A DNA stretch of 64,000 bases from Podarcis erhardii (Eukaryota), in the NCBI GenBank assembly GCA_964252035.1, contig OZ176206.1. The stretch is one strand, 5' to 3'. The first letter of the stretch is position 1; each line of letters starts with the position of its first letter. The notes under the pieces were generated by a model. The model was not told the origin of the DNA, made no database searches, and was given only the letters and a program-made list of their open reading frames with translations. Made by a program: the position numbers and the translations under genes. Shown piece after piece: positions 1 through 10,537 of the stretch.

Positions 1-1150
1 GAGGAGGTGCGCGACAGTAGCAAAAGCAATAGTCGTAGTTCTTAGCAGCGTCCGGCCCTCTGTCTGCGACGCGGCTTCTCCAAGATACAGTGCAGCGACG
101 CACGGGGCGCTTTGTGTTTGTGCGGAACTACTTTACGGGCGGAGGGATCTCTCGCCGGAGAAAGAGGGACCTCAATAAAAGTCGTACTTCCTAAAGCGAG
201 CGTTACCTTCATTGAGGTCCCTCCATAGCCCTCAACCGCGGCTGGAGAGTTCCGACCTCGTCGGGTACGACGTCGGAGAAGGAGGAGGAAGAGGCGGCGG
301 CCCCGCCCACTGCCCCCCTCCCTCCGAGCTGCTTCCCATCCCCGGGGGCGTCGCTCGGCAGACTGGAGCCCTCCCGCTGTAGGGGCGCTCGCGTGAATGG
401 CCGGGCGCCTTGCAGGGCATGGCGGGGGCGTCAATCGGGTCCCCCTGCTCGTGGCTTGAAAAGAGGCGGGGACGGCGGCAGCCCCGCCACTAGCACCGCG
501 GCGCCGCCGCTCCGACAAGAGGAGAAGCGGCCCCGTGGAAGCAGGCGACTCGGGGCAAGGGAGGCGGGTTGCAGCAGCAGCAGCAGTTGCTCCTGCTCCT
601 CCTCCTCGGTAGCCGGGCCCGTGGAGAGCGCCGAAGGACACAACTCTGGCCTTGCTGGCTGGTCTGGGTGCGTGAAGCCCCCGGAGGCGCCGGCCTGATG
701 GCTGCGGGACCCCCTCCCGGCTGAGCGCCTGCGCCGGCCTCGGGATCGGCGCCCCTGCTGCCAGGCAAGAGGCGCGCTCCGCTCGGAGGGGAGGGAAGGG
801 CTCCAGCACAGCGCGCCCCCGTCCGCCTGTCTGTCCGTCGGTCCCGCCGTGCACGAGCCGGGCGCTCCCGCCGTGCCGCCATCTTCCTCTGTCTGTCTGT
901 CTGCCAGCCTGGGCGGCCCTTTGTCCTCCTGCAGCGCTGCTGGGCGAGCCCAGGCCGGGCGACGGAGTCAGGTAAGGGCCGAGGCGGCGGCAGCCTCCTT
1001 TCGAGCGCGGGGTGGTGGCGGATCTCTAAACGCCCCCGCTCGCCTACCCTGGTCATCCCCCGCATGGTGACAGGGCTCTTCTTTCCGCAGGTGCGCCCCC
1101 CCCGGGGGGGGGAACCATGTCCCGTCGGAAACAGACCACCCCCAATAAAG
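1..1150. promoter_or_regulatory. CpG island / probable bidirectional promoter (IST1-ZNF821), including ZNF821 non-coding exon 1 (donor CAG|gtaagg at 971/972)
   Basis: Very high GC and CpG density; strong plus-strand donor at 972; acceptor ctttccgcag at 1090 precedes the ZNF821 start exon. The IST1 link is inferred from human synteny only. Confidence 0.8.
207..300 (-). other. Possible non-coding first exon of IST1 (minus-strand donor AAG|gtaacg at 207/206)
   Basis: Donor-like site inside the CpG island pointing off the left edge; IST1 is head-to-head with ZNF821 in human. No IST1 coding sequence lies in the window, and the exon's 5' boundary is a guess. Confidence 0.3.
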
Positions 1151-4100
1151 TCCACTGTGAGTAATAAGGGGAGGGGGGCTGTTGTCACTTCCACCTTCAC
1201 CCCCTTCCCCCGCTCAAGCGAGGCATCCTCATCCGCAAAATGATGGGGGGGACAGCCCTCCCCTCCACTATTTGCTGCATTCTTCTCCCATAGCCCTGGT
1301 GGAGACTCCCTGCCCAGCATCGAGGATTTGTTGGCTGAGTTGAGACATGTCCACGTACCACGTCTTGGAGCCTAAGGGCTCCTTAGGTACTCTGGGGGCT
1401 CAGAACCCCTCTCCGCCATTCTAGTGGCATTCTGTCTCTCATTGGGCCACCTTAACCACTGATGTTTCTTCTGCAAATGAACAGCTTTTCAGCACTAGTT
1501 GGGAATGGCTGGCTAGTCTCCCATGCACAGTGAGGAACAGGGGACTTCCAGGCACCATGATAGCTTTAGGATCAGAATTGAAATAGCAAAGGCCCAGGAA
1601 AGAGTCTGGCAATTTCAGGCAAGCACTGCCCACTTTGCACAACTTAAGAGAAAACGTATCAAGGAGGAACTAAAGCAGATAACTAAACCTGGACCACAAA
1701 ATCCACAGAAGACCTCTCCCACCACAAATTTGGTTTGCAAAAGTAGATAAGTAGGTTTGCTATTGCCTACACTAAAGCATCTTTTACACACATGTGACAG
1801 CTTTACCCCTGGAGGAGAACCTGTATGGCAGGACAAGCTCTTCCAAAATATGGGCCCCAGGGGTGGGGGAGCACATGCAAATTCTAGGGCGGAGCCAGGG
1901 CACGCAAGAGCCCTCCCTGTGTGCTTAATGCTGCTGAAGACATTTGTATTTCCAGGTCATGTTGGAAAGGATGCGAAGGGACGGATTGGTCAGGCCACCG
2001 TTGCTTTGCAGGAAGGGTTTGGGGAAAGCTGTTTTGGGGAATGGAGCCCAGGCATTAGTCCCATTCTGGGCCATCTTCAGGTAGGGGAGACCATCACTGG
2101 GCATCTGAGGAGGGGGCAAGGAATGATTGGGCTTGGGAAGGGCAATGGGCTAATGCGGCTTCTTCCTCCCCAGGGGAGCAAGTCTTTGCTGGGTTAGAAG
2201 AGCACACACGTCAGGCCATGATGCGAAGAGACTTCCCTGGGCTGCTTGGAGCCCAGTCACCACTCATGCAGCAGCTGCCACCTCCGCCACAAGAAAAGGA
2301 CTCCAGCAGCAGCAGTAGCAGCAGCAGCAGCAACAGTGAGTTTCCCCATCTGGTACAGGAGGGCATCTCTGGGACACCTGGGAGAGACCAAACACCTGCA
2401 TGTTGCTTTGGAATTCTGTCAGCTGGTCTGTGGCAGAGGCCTAAAGCTGTTCTGTATTCCAGGTGATAGCGAGGGGGATGAGACAACACAAGATGAGGTC
2501 TCCTCCCATGCTTCTGAGGAGGACGGAACATCAGCGACAGTGAAAAAGGAACTGGAACTTACTGAGCAGCTGGGCTGCAGCAAGCAGGTCGCTCGAGGCC
2601 ATGAGGCAAGTGCATCACATTGGCCATAGTCAACACATAGTAAAGCAAAAGTGCAACGCTGCTGTGGTTACTTGGTGGAAGGGAGAATAGCAATAGCAGA
2701 CTCTTGAATGGCCCTAGCATGGAGAAAGAGGACTGTATAGCCAACTCTGGGATTCCTGGGCCTGGTCCATTGATGTGCCCAAGTGATCACTGCAGCAGGC
2801 TCAAGTGATTGGGTCTAGGCTTTTTAGCATTAGAGTTCCCTAATGGTAATGGGGGCAAGGGGAGTGATAGAGCTGTTGTCATCTCATTCTGGGCTTCCCA
2901 GAAGAGGCATTTGGTTGGCTGCTGTGTGTTAGAAAGACAACACACAACTAGGTAGACCCTCAATCTGACTGCGCAGGGCTAATCTTACATTGTAGAGAAT
3001 CTGTCAACATGGTTTTAAAGGGTCTGGTGCAGCATCAGTTGGGGGGAGGGGTATGTGTATGCGTGTGGCAGAATACCAGGCATGGGTCTTGTCCTCTGCT
3101 CTTTCCTTAGCCTGCCTTTCCTTGCTTGCAGATGGGTTTAAATGCCAGTCCAGATACCCTGATGGGACTCTCCCGTTGTCCCCTCTGCCAGCTAGAGTGT
3201 GGAAGCAGGGAGCAGCTTGTCACTCATGTCTATCAGGTACTTAGAGGGGGCTTTGATGAGACCATCACGCAAGGCTAAACCATCCCTGCCCTGGCTCCCC
3301 CTTTCCTTCCAGGCTGAAATTAGTAATCCTGGACTGGGAAAGGGCGGGGATGGGGGCAGGGGCTGTTGGCATTGGATGCAATTTGAATCATCCCCCCTGG
3401 TGGGTTTGCACCACATCCCAGGGAAGGCCTTGCGGGTCTCTCTCCTTCTTTCCCTAACAGAAGAGGGAGCTCTTCCGTGGCATGGCCTTGGCTGCCTGCC
3501 CTCATAGGGACAGCTGAGAGGGGGACAGGGCGGCGGAGCCCTTGCCTCACAGCCCGGCCTCGTTTGCAGCATACGGCAGCTGTGGTCAGTGCCAAGAGCT
3601 ACCTGTGTCCCGTCTGTGGCCGAGCACTCAGCTCCCCGGGCTCCTTGGGCAGGCACCTCCTCATCCACTCCGAGGACCAACTGTCCAACTGTGCGGTGTG
3701 TGGGGCTCGCTTCACCAGCCATGCTACTTTCAACAGGTGAGAAGTGGGCATCTCTGACGGTGGGACTGGAACGTGGCCCAGGCCGCATTTTGGAAGTCCT
3801 GGAGGGGCCCTGTTCAATGGAAGCAATGGAGGTTATACCTGGCAATTTCTGGAGGCAGCTGGAATAGGTGACCCCAGCCAGAAGCATTATGCAGGCCAGC
3901 ATTCATGTGGGTGGGGTGGCTTGTAAGCATGGCCAGAGGGAGGGGGAGGGTTACAGCTAAGGCAGTAGCTTGCAAGCCTACACAATGGCTTCTTACGATC
4001 TGTGCCGACCACCCGTCATTTCTACTCTTTGACTTTCACAGTGAGAAGGTGTCAGAGGTGCTGTGTGGAGATGCCCTGCCCATTCCCCTCCCTGAGGCTT

Positions 4101-4711
4101 CTTCTGGTGCCGAGGAAAAAGCAGGTGGTGGTGCTGCTGCTGCTGTCAGCCCCACAGTGTATCCTGCTGGTATCCTCCTGGTGTGCAACAACTGCGTGGC
4201 CTATCGCAAGCTTCTGGAAGCTCAAGCTCCAGGGGTTCGCAAGTGGGCCTTGCGAAGGCAGAACGAGCCCCTGGAGGTGCGGCTGCAGCGCCTGGAGCGA
4301 GAGCGCACAGCTAAGAAGAGCCGTCGAGACAACGAGACGCCGGAGGAGCGGGAGGTGAGGCGCATGAGGGATCGAGAGGCCAAGCGGCTGCAGCGCATGC
4401 AGGAGACGGACGAGCAGCGTGCGCGCCGCCTGCAGCGGGACCGTGAAGCAATGCGCCTCAAGCGGGCCAACGAGACCCCTGAGAAGCGGCAAGCTCGGCT
4501 CATCCGGGAGCGTGAAGCCAAGAGGCTAAAGCGGCGGCTGGAGAAAATGGACATGATGCTGCGGGCACAGTTTGGCCAGGACCCCTCGGCCATGGCTGCA
4601 TTGGCAGCCGAGATGAACTTCTTCCCACTGCCAGTGGGTGGGCTAGAGCTTGAGGGGCAGCTACTTGGTAAAATGGCCTTTGAGGAGCCGAGTCCCAGTG
4701 CCCTGCACTGA
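1117..4711 (+). CDS. ZNF821: Zinc finger protein 821, about 428 aa
   Basis: Coding exons 1117-1156, 2174-2335, 2463-2605 (GC donor), 3132-3236, 3570-3736, 4042-4711; 1287 nt, phases consistent. Translation MSRRKQTTPNKVHWEQVFAGLEE...CPVCGRALSSPGSLGRHLLIH...RRQNEPLEVRLQRLERERTAKKSRRDNETPEERE...GKMAFEEPSPSALH matches ZNF821 (C2H2 fingers plus STPR repeats). Confidence 0.97.
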
Positions 4712-4840
4712 GGAGGGTAAAAAGGAGGACCTGCTCTTGTCCGCTCAGGCCCCTCTTGCTCCACCAGTGAAGCATGGAACTGGAGTGTGACAGTGGTCTG
4801 AGGGAGGGAGGAAGGGGCAGGTGCACTGGTTGTGATCAGA

Positions 4841-4846
4841 AATAAA
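4841..4846 (+). terminator. Proximal poly(A) signal of ZNF821
   Basis: AATAAA 130 nt after the stop, followed by U/GU-rich sequence. Confidence 0.6.
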
Positions 4847-5697
4847 TTAATTGTACATGTCCTCAGTCTGTGCCTCGTGGGCTTGGCCAATTCACTGCAG
4901 CAGCTTGAAAGGCAGCTGCTGCTTCTGCCTTGCCCAGCTTGCTTCTTTGCTGGGCAAGATCCAGCTGGAATTTTGCAGTTCTGTAGCCTGCCCCTTACTA
5001 CATCACGCTGGAGCTCTTAAGTGGGGACTAGCAAAGAAGGTGGAGTCCTGAAGAGGGAGGTGTATAATATGGCTTGGAGCCTCACAAGTTACCCACAAGG
5101 GTGTATTAGGCCTAATCATAGTGGCTGCTAGACTTAGGTACAGCAGCACCAAATGGGAGGTTTGTGGAAGAATTTTACATTCTGGGGGGGATACATGTTG
5201 GGGAGGGAGAAAGCAGCTAGATTTGAGTGCTGCTGCTCTTCTTGCCTTTGTGCTTAGAGAGATGGTGGTGGAAGGAGGCAGTTTCCCCCTGGGAGCACCA
5301 GTGAAAGGCAGACTTCTAAACAAAGGCTAGAGGAAGGCCCTAATGAAGGGTATATTTCTTTTCTTGGTCAGCAGCCTGTGTTGTCTCTTGCCCAACTTCC
5401 AAACTAGGTAAAAGGGAGAGACTTGGCTGCACAAGCGAGGAGAAGTTATCTCTGTCTTGTTAGCCAGGTCTGTTCTGTCCTATTAATCTTAAATCATAAA
5501 ACCTATGTGCAGCCTGTTAAATTTTTTACACAACAGAACAGAGCTAATTGTGCCAGTGTGAAGATTGCTAATTGGGGCTTTAGTGACCATCGTATGAATT
5601 TAAGGAAGTTTCCTTTATGAGCTTTGGGGTTTCTGCCAAAATTTTCTCCAGGAGACAAGTAAGACACAGACACATCAAAGGAAAAGCTATTGGCTTA

Positions 5698-5741
5698 TAA
5701 TTATATAGATATATATATAGATATAGATATATGTATATATA
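5698..5741. repeat. Imperfect (TA)n / (TAGATA)n microsatellite
   Basis: ttatatagatatatatatagatatagatatatgtatatata. Confidence 0.85.
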
Positions 5742-5791
5742 CTGTTTACATAAGTCAACAAGTTAAATGCAGTATTCATAAGAGCATTAAC

Positions 5792-5797
5792 AATAAA
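5792..5797 (+). terminator. Candidate distal poly(A) signal of ZNF821
   Basis: AATAAA followed by tctgtgtgt; preceded by an AT-rich UTR-like tract with TGTATATA at 5732-5739. Confidence 0.45.
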
Positions 5798-5882
5798 AAT
5801 ACAATCTGTGTGTACAGAGACTTTAAATGGTAAAACAGGAAAAAGGATCTCACCCAAAATACAAATATACAGTACAAATTGA

Positions 5883-5888
5883 TTTATT
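5883..5888 (-). terminator. Candidate poly(A) signal of ATXN1L (about 2.7 kb 3'UTR)
   Basis: TTTATT on plus equals AATAAA on minus, followed on minus by U-rich sequence. Confidence 0.55.
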
Positions 5889-8551
5889 TAAAACAGGTAC
5901 AAAAAAAGCACAACAAAATAGATTATCCTCCTTAGATTGGTAATGCTTCATTAAAGATCAGGTAGGAGAAAAGGGGCTGGGCACTCGGCTAGTCCTAAGG
6001 CTTTAGAGATACGATGCAGTGGGTTTCGGAGTGAAGATGACTGGTGTTGGTTGCAGGGCTGCTACACACTCGCCCCTTGCCAGCTGCATACAGGAAGGTG
6101 ACCCACCCCAACTAAGGTGCTATGCAAGGGATTGAAGGGTGGCAGGCTGACTCTGTTTGCTTTCTTCCTCAGTGCATCTTGAGATATAGCAAAGGAACTT
6201 TCTCTGCAACAAGCCACTGGCTCAGGCCATCGCTCAGTGTTTCTGCGCAGAGGTGGGACTTAATATAAGCGGATGTTTGCTCTTGCAGGCAAGGGCTACA
6301 GAAACAGCCGGCAAGAAGGGACGGGAAACCTTTTAGCTGGAAAGGGCATCTGGTTGGTGCCCTTCTGAAGAGCAGGACCCCAGTTCATCACCCCCTAGTT
6401 TGGCACCCCACACTGAAACGTGTCTCTTTTAGCAGCCCCCTTCCTACCCCATGGAATGGCCAAATGGACACAGCTGTGCAGCTGCCAGTCCCACAGTATT
6501 GCATATTAGGGAGCCCTTCCCAAATATTTACTAGGGCTTGGAAAGGGGTCATGCTGTAGTGTCACAAGAGAGAAATAGCTTATTGCTCTAGGAAGCTGGT
6601 TCTCCCAACCCTCCAGCGGCCCCAGATGGAGTAGTGCCCAACGACACTTCCATATTTTGCAGCTCTATTCCTAACTCGGTCCTGGGCCCTAAGGGCTGTG
6701 CAGCAAGCTATCCTGAAACAGCACTGGACCAGGGTGGCAGGGGTGGCAGTAGTGTTGGGCGGTCCAGATGAACTGAGGGGAACTGACCCTCAATAGCCAT
6801 GGAGGGCCAGAGTTGGTGCCAATGAAAGAGGTGGCCAATCAGGCTCTTCGGCTGTGATGCTGTGCAAGTGATCCAGCTCCCATGAAGCCCTGGGAGTAGA
6901 AGGGCACGCTGCCCTAATGGCATGAAGCAGACATTTCCTCCCTGGTGGCCGGGGAGCTGAAGGACAAAGGAGAAACCTAGGCCAGCATTTACATGGAAAT
7001 GAGCGTTGGTCTAGTAAGCACACAATCCAGGGGAGCCCAAGAGCAAGTAAGGAAGGCAGAGGGTGGTTTGCAGGGAAACCTGGCTCGGAATAGTGCAAAG
7101 TGCCGGGCCTTCCAGAGGAGAACAGCAAAGTCTTCCACCTTTCATATAGAGAGGGCTTGGAGTGGATGAGGTGGCTGGTCAGACAGGAAAGCAGTTCCCA
7201 TTGTGAGCCAGGAATGCCTGTAGGCAATGGCCTAAAAGCAACAACTGTAGACAAAACATCCAAGGGAAACAAGCCAAGACTGCCCATTTGGAGCAGTGGG
7301 AGGAGCTTCCTGGCTGCTATTCTGGAGTGGGACTTGGATGGCACTGATGCAGAGTCACGGCTATGATTCAGAGCCCTAGAGCTCACCCCTGCCGAGTTGA
7401 GGGCACCAGTGCAGGAGAGGGTACTCAGCCAGCGTCTTGAACCCAAGCAGTTCTACAGCTTTCTCAGCTCAAAAACTGTTAACCACTTGCACATTTTATC
7501 TTCTTTCATTCTGTTTGAGTCACCAGTGCACACAGAAGAGCAATTTTCATCTTTATCAGAAGAACCTGAATACATTTTTCTAATATCCAAAGAAATCTTA
7601 CACATGTAGTGGGGGCCATTCAAGCTGGTTACAGTGGCCAGAATGTCCCCTCTCCAAACTCTCAATAGGAAATGCTTTAATCACCCCAAGGAAAAGCAGG
7701 AGTGTCTGTATGTGCACTAGCATGCTCTTGTATACAAACTGCCTTGCACTTTTCAAAGGAGCTGGCTATAACTTGAGGCATCCACCTCTGTGACAAGCCT
7801 TAGTCAGCCCAGGCCATTCAGACCTGGCTTAGCTGTGAACATCTAAGGCATCTGCAACAGAAGTGGATGCAGCCTTTCTAGAAGATAGAGGTGGGGACTT
7901 AAGAGCAGGATGGAGATAGCTGAAGAAGCCAGAGCTAGAACATCCTCTCACACGTACACCTACACCATTCTCACCTATGGGATTCGAGTTCTACCTGGCT
8001 GCAGAGCTGTGAGGCAGCACGCTGCCAGGTTTGCAATTTAACAGACTATTAACCATTTCCTTTCAATCTAACACATGTGAGGAAATTGCATACAAATACT
8101 ACCTCCCTGAGGAGAAATCCAGGCTCCCTTGACTCGGTGCCTGGAGAGGGGCTGCTGGGAGGCCCAGACAAAAATCCTGAACTTGGGACCCGAACAGAAG
8201 AAACCTGGCAAACTCCCTCACTGCTCCCTTGCCCTGGTAAAAGCACCCTCCTGCTATGTGTGAGCAAGTGTCCAATAAAGTGCTTGAGTGAGGTGGTGGG
8301 GGATGTTGAGCCCTTGCTCCTCTCCTCACAGAAGCAGCGCAGTCACTGCTTCCTTCAGAGTCTCCCCTTGGCTGACCCCAATCTACCCTACCCAGGCTCA
8401 GACCTCCCCTACAGCGGGTGGAGAGAAGGAGCCTCTGTCAGTGGAATGATTCTAGGCACACAACTGGGGGAAGGGCCGAGCATCTGAGCAGTGGCCAAAC
8501 TGGAAGGAACCCAGTTAAGCGTGGCACACAAGTTCACCCACCACTGGGGCT

Positions 8552-10537
8552 TCACTTCCCTGCATTTGAACGGCCCTCGATGGACAACTTGACCTCCTGG
8601 GGAATGAATGAAGGGCGGAGGAGTGGTGGCCGGGGCTCCTCCCCAGACCTTTGGAAGCTGGGGCCTGCCCAACCATGCAGAGAAACAGGATCGTGGTGGG
8701 TGGATTCCTGGGGGGAGCCCACTGCCACTCCACCCTTCTCCAATGGGTTTTTCTGCAGCTCCTGGAGACTCTCCCCACCCCGCCCTGGTCTCTCTCGGGT
8801 AGCACTCTGGGGGCTTGCCTGGGGCACAAGCCTCCCATTCAGACTCTGTAAACTGATGGAGATGCAAACATCTCCCACCTGCAGCCTGTGGCAGGAGAGT
8901 GAGAAGAGCCGATTCGTCCTCTCTGGACTGCATGAGGACCAGCCCTGTCCATACACAAAGAAAGGGTGCTCAGGGGGCACATCGATGCTCACTTTGCTCT
9001 GCTGCTCCCCCACCACAAAATGCAGTGTAACGAAACCCTGCCAGGGACTCTCTTGGATGTCCACCACAGTGCTGGAGTCAATCTTGAGGCCACCACTCAC
9101 CTCTGCACTGCGCACAAAGTCCTGGGTCTGCAGGTCCTCCACCCTCTTTAGCTCTCCTGTGGCCAGCTGGATGATGGCTCCTTTCATGAAGTGGGAGGGT
9201 AAGTGGCTCTGGGAATGGGCACATTCCGTGTCAGGTAGTCCCTCATGGGCTGTTCCCTCAGGACTTGCACCTCCCAGGCCATCCTGAGCCCCAGGATGGA
9301 GGGACCCTGAGACTGGCCGACCATTGGCCATTGTAATGCCTTTCAGTATTTGCCGATGGCGGAGCTGCTCCTCAGGGGACTTTGCCGACAGTCCCCGAAA
9401 GTGGCTTTTCTCAGCAGTAGCAGCCACCACAAGTTCCACTGGGTTCCTCATTGATTCTGCCTTCTGCTCAGGAGGATTACGATGGGAAAGGTTTAGAGGG
9501 CTCAAGCCATCCTTCTGCTGAGCAGAACAAACAGGGTAGTCCTGGGAAGCAAGCACTCCAACCACCCTCTGCACCTCCAGGTCTGTATCTGGGGTGCTCC
9601 GCTGAGATGGCACAGAGATCTCTGTTCTCAAAATCTGACTGCTTGTCAAGAAGGTACCTTCAGTGCTGCACTCTACCGTTGTCCTTGGCCACTGTCCTTC
9701 AGCCTCACTTTCCTTCGCCCCCACGGCAGACCTTTGCACCCCGTTTGCTGTCACTTTAGGATCTAGCTGATTCTCCTGCAGAGACTGCTCAGTGTTTGGG
9801 CCAGCAACAGAAGCTTCAAATGATGAATAGCCTGCTGGCAGACGGGACATCTGATAATAGACTGGAATTCGGCCCTGTGTAACATCCAGTGGCTGACCTC
9901 CAACATGGGGCTGCAGAGAGCCTGAAGGCAAAACTGAGGCACTGGTCTTGCCAAAGCTGTGGGCTGCCTGTGGAGAAGAAGCAGAGTCTTCAGCCAGGAG
10001 AGGTGCATAGGGCACAAAGTGTGGGATATGAGAGGCAGCAAGGCTGGCTGAAGAGGACAGAAGGTGGCTGGGCAGGAAGCCAGGAGGCACAGCGGTGGCA
10101 TAGGGTACAGAGTAGTGTGATCCCACAAACTGCAAGGGAGCAGGAGGAAGTTGAGTGTAATGGATAGGCGAGTAGGGGATACCAGGGTGCGGGATCAGCT
10201 GCGAGGTCATACTGAAGGCTGGAGGCAGCGGGCTGACATTCACCACAGGTGAGAAGGTGGCCGGGGGCATCGCCACTTTGTACAATAAGCCGTACTGGTC
10301 CACGGTAAGACTGGTCACTGTGTCGGAGCTGCCACCAGCCTCCGTGTAACGTGAAGGTGCCTGGCTCTGCCTGCCTGTTGCTGAGCCCCGGGACCATTCC
10401 ACAGAGGTCTCGCCGCCGCCACCGCCCACCAGACCCGACTCAGCCGCCCGCCCCGGCTCTTCGTTGTTGGCTGCCACCGGCAGGTCGCGCTTCTTGGGGG
10501 GGAGGAATTCCTGGCCCCGCTCCTGAGCCGCTCTCAT
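8552..10537 (-). CDS. ATXN1L: Ataxin-1-like (Boat), 661 aa, single coding exon
   Basis: ATG at 10537 gives MRAAQERGQEFLPPKKRDLP; AXH domain HLPSHFMKGAIIQLATGELKRVEDLQTQDFVRSAE...HPFFVYGQGWSSCSP; C-terminus RPSFIPQEVKLSIEGRSNAGK. Acceptor tttgcag at 10617/10616; non-coding exon 1 donor G|gtgagc at 10720/10719 (103-nt intron). Confidence 0.98.
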   Translation of the reverse strand: MRAAQERGQEFLPPKKRDLPVAANNEEPGRAAESGLVGGGGGETSVEWSRGSATGRQSQAPSRYTEAGGSSDTVTSLTVDQYGLLYKVAMPPATFSPVVNVSPLPPAFSMTSQLIPHPGIPYSPIHYTQLPPAPLQFVGSHYSVPYATAVPPGFLPSHLLSSSASLAASHIPHFVPYAPLLAEDSASSPQAAHSFGKTSASVLPSGSLQPHVGGQPLDVTQGRIPVYYQMSRLPAGYSSFEASVAGPNTEQSLQENQLDPKVTANGVQRSAVGAKESEAEGQWPRTTVECSTEGTFLTSSQILRTEISVPSQRSTPDTDLEVQRVVGVLASQDYPVCSAQQKDGLSPLNLSHRNPPEQKAESMRNPVELVVAATAEKSHFRGLSAKSPEEQLRHRQILKGITMANGRPVSGSLHPGAQDGLGGASPEGTAHEGLPDTECAHSQSHLPSHFMKGAIIQLATGELKRVEDLQTQDFVRSAEVSGGLKIDSSTVVDIQESPWQGFVTLHFVVGEQQSKVSIDVPPEHPFFVYGQGWSSCSPERTNRLFSLSCHRLQVGDVCISISLQSLNGRLVPQASPQSATRERPGRGGESLQELQKNPLEKGGVAVGSPQESTHHDPVSLHGWAGPSFQRSGEEPRPPLLRPSFIPQEVKLSIEGRSNAGK

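Noticed and set aside
42-1320. Long ORFs of 270-276 aa in the left CpG island, and similar ones at 10350-10900, 12800-13600 and 42100-43000
   Set aside because: Low-complexity Arg/Gly/Pro/Ala translations expected from stop-poor GC-rich DNA; no recognisable domains.
4222-4890. 222-aa minus-strand ORF
   Set aside because: Antisense shadow of the repetitive ZNF821 last exon.
8418-9287. 289-aa plus-strand ORF
   Set aside because: Antisense shadow of the ATXN1L coding exon; no promoter or splice support.
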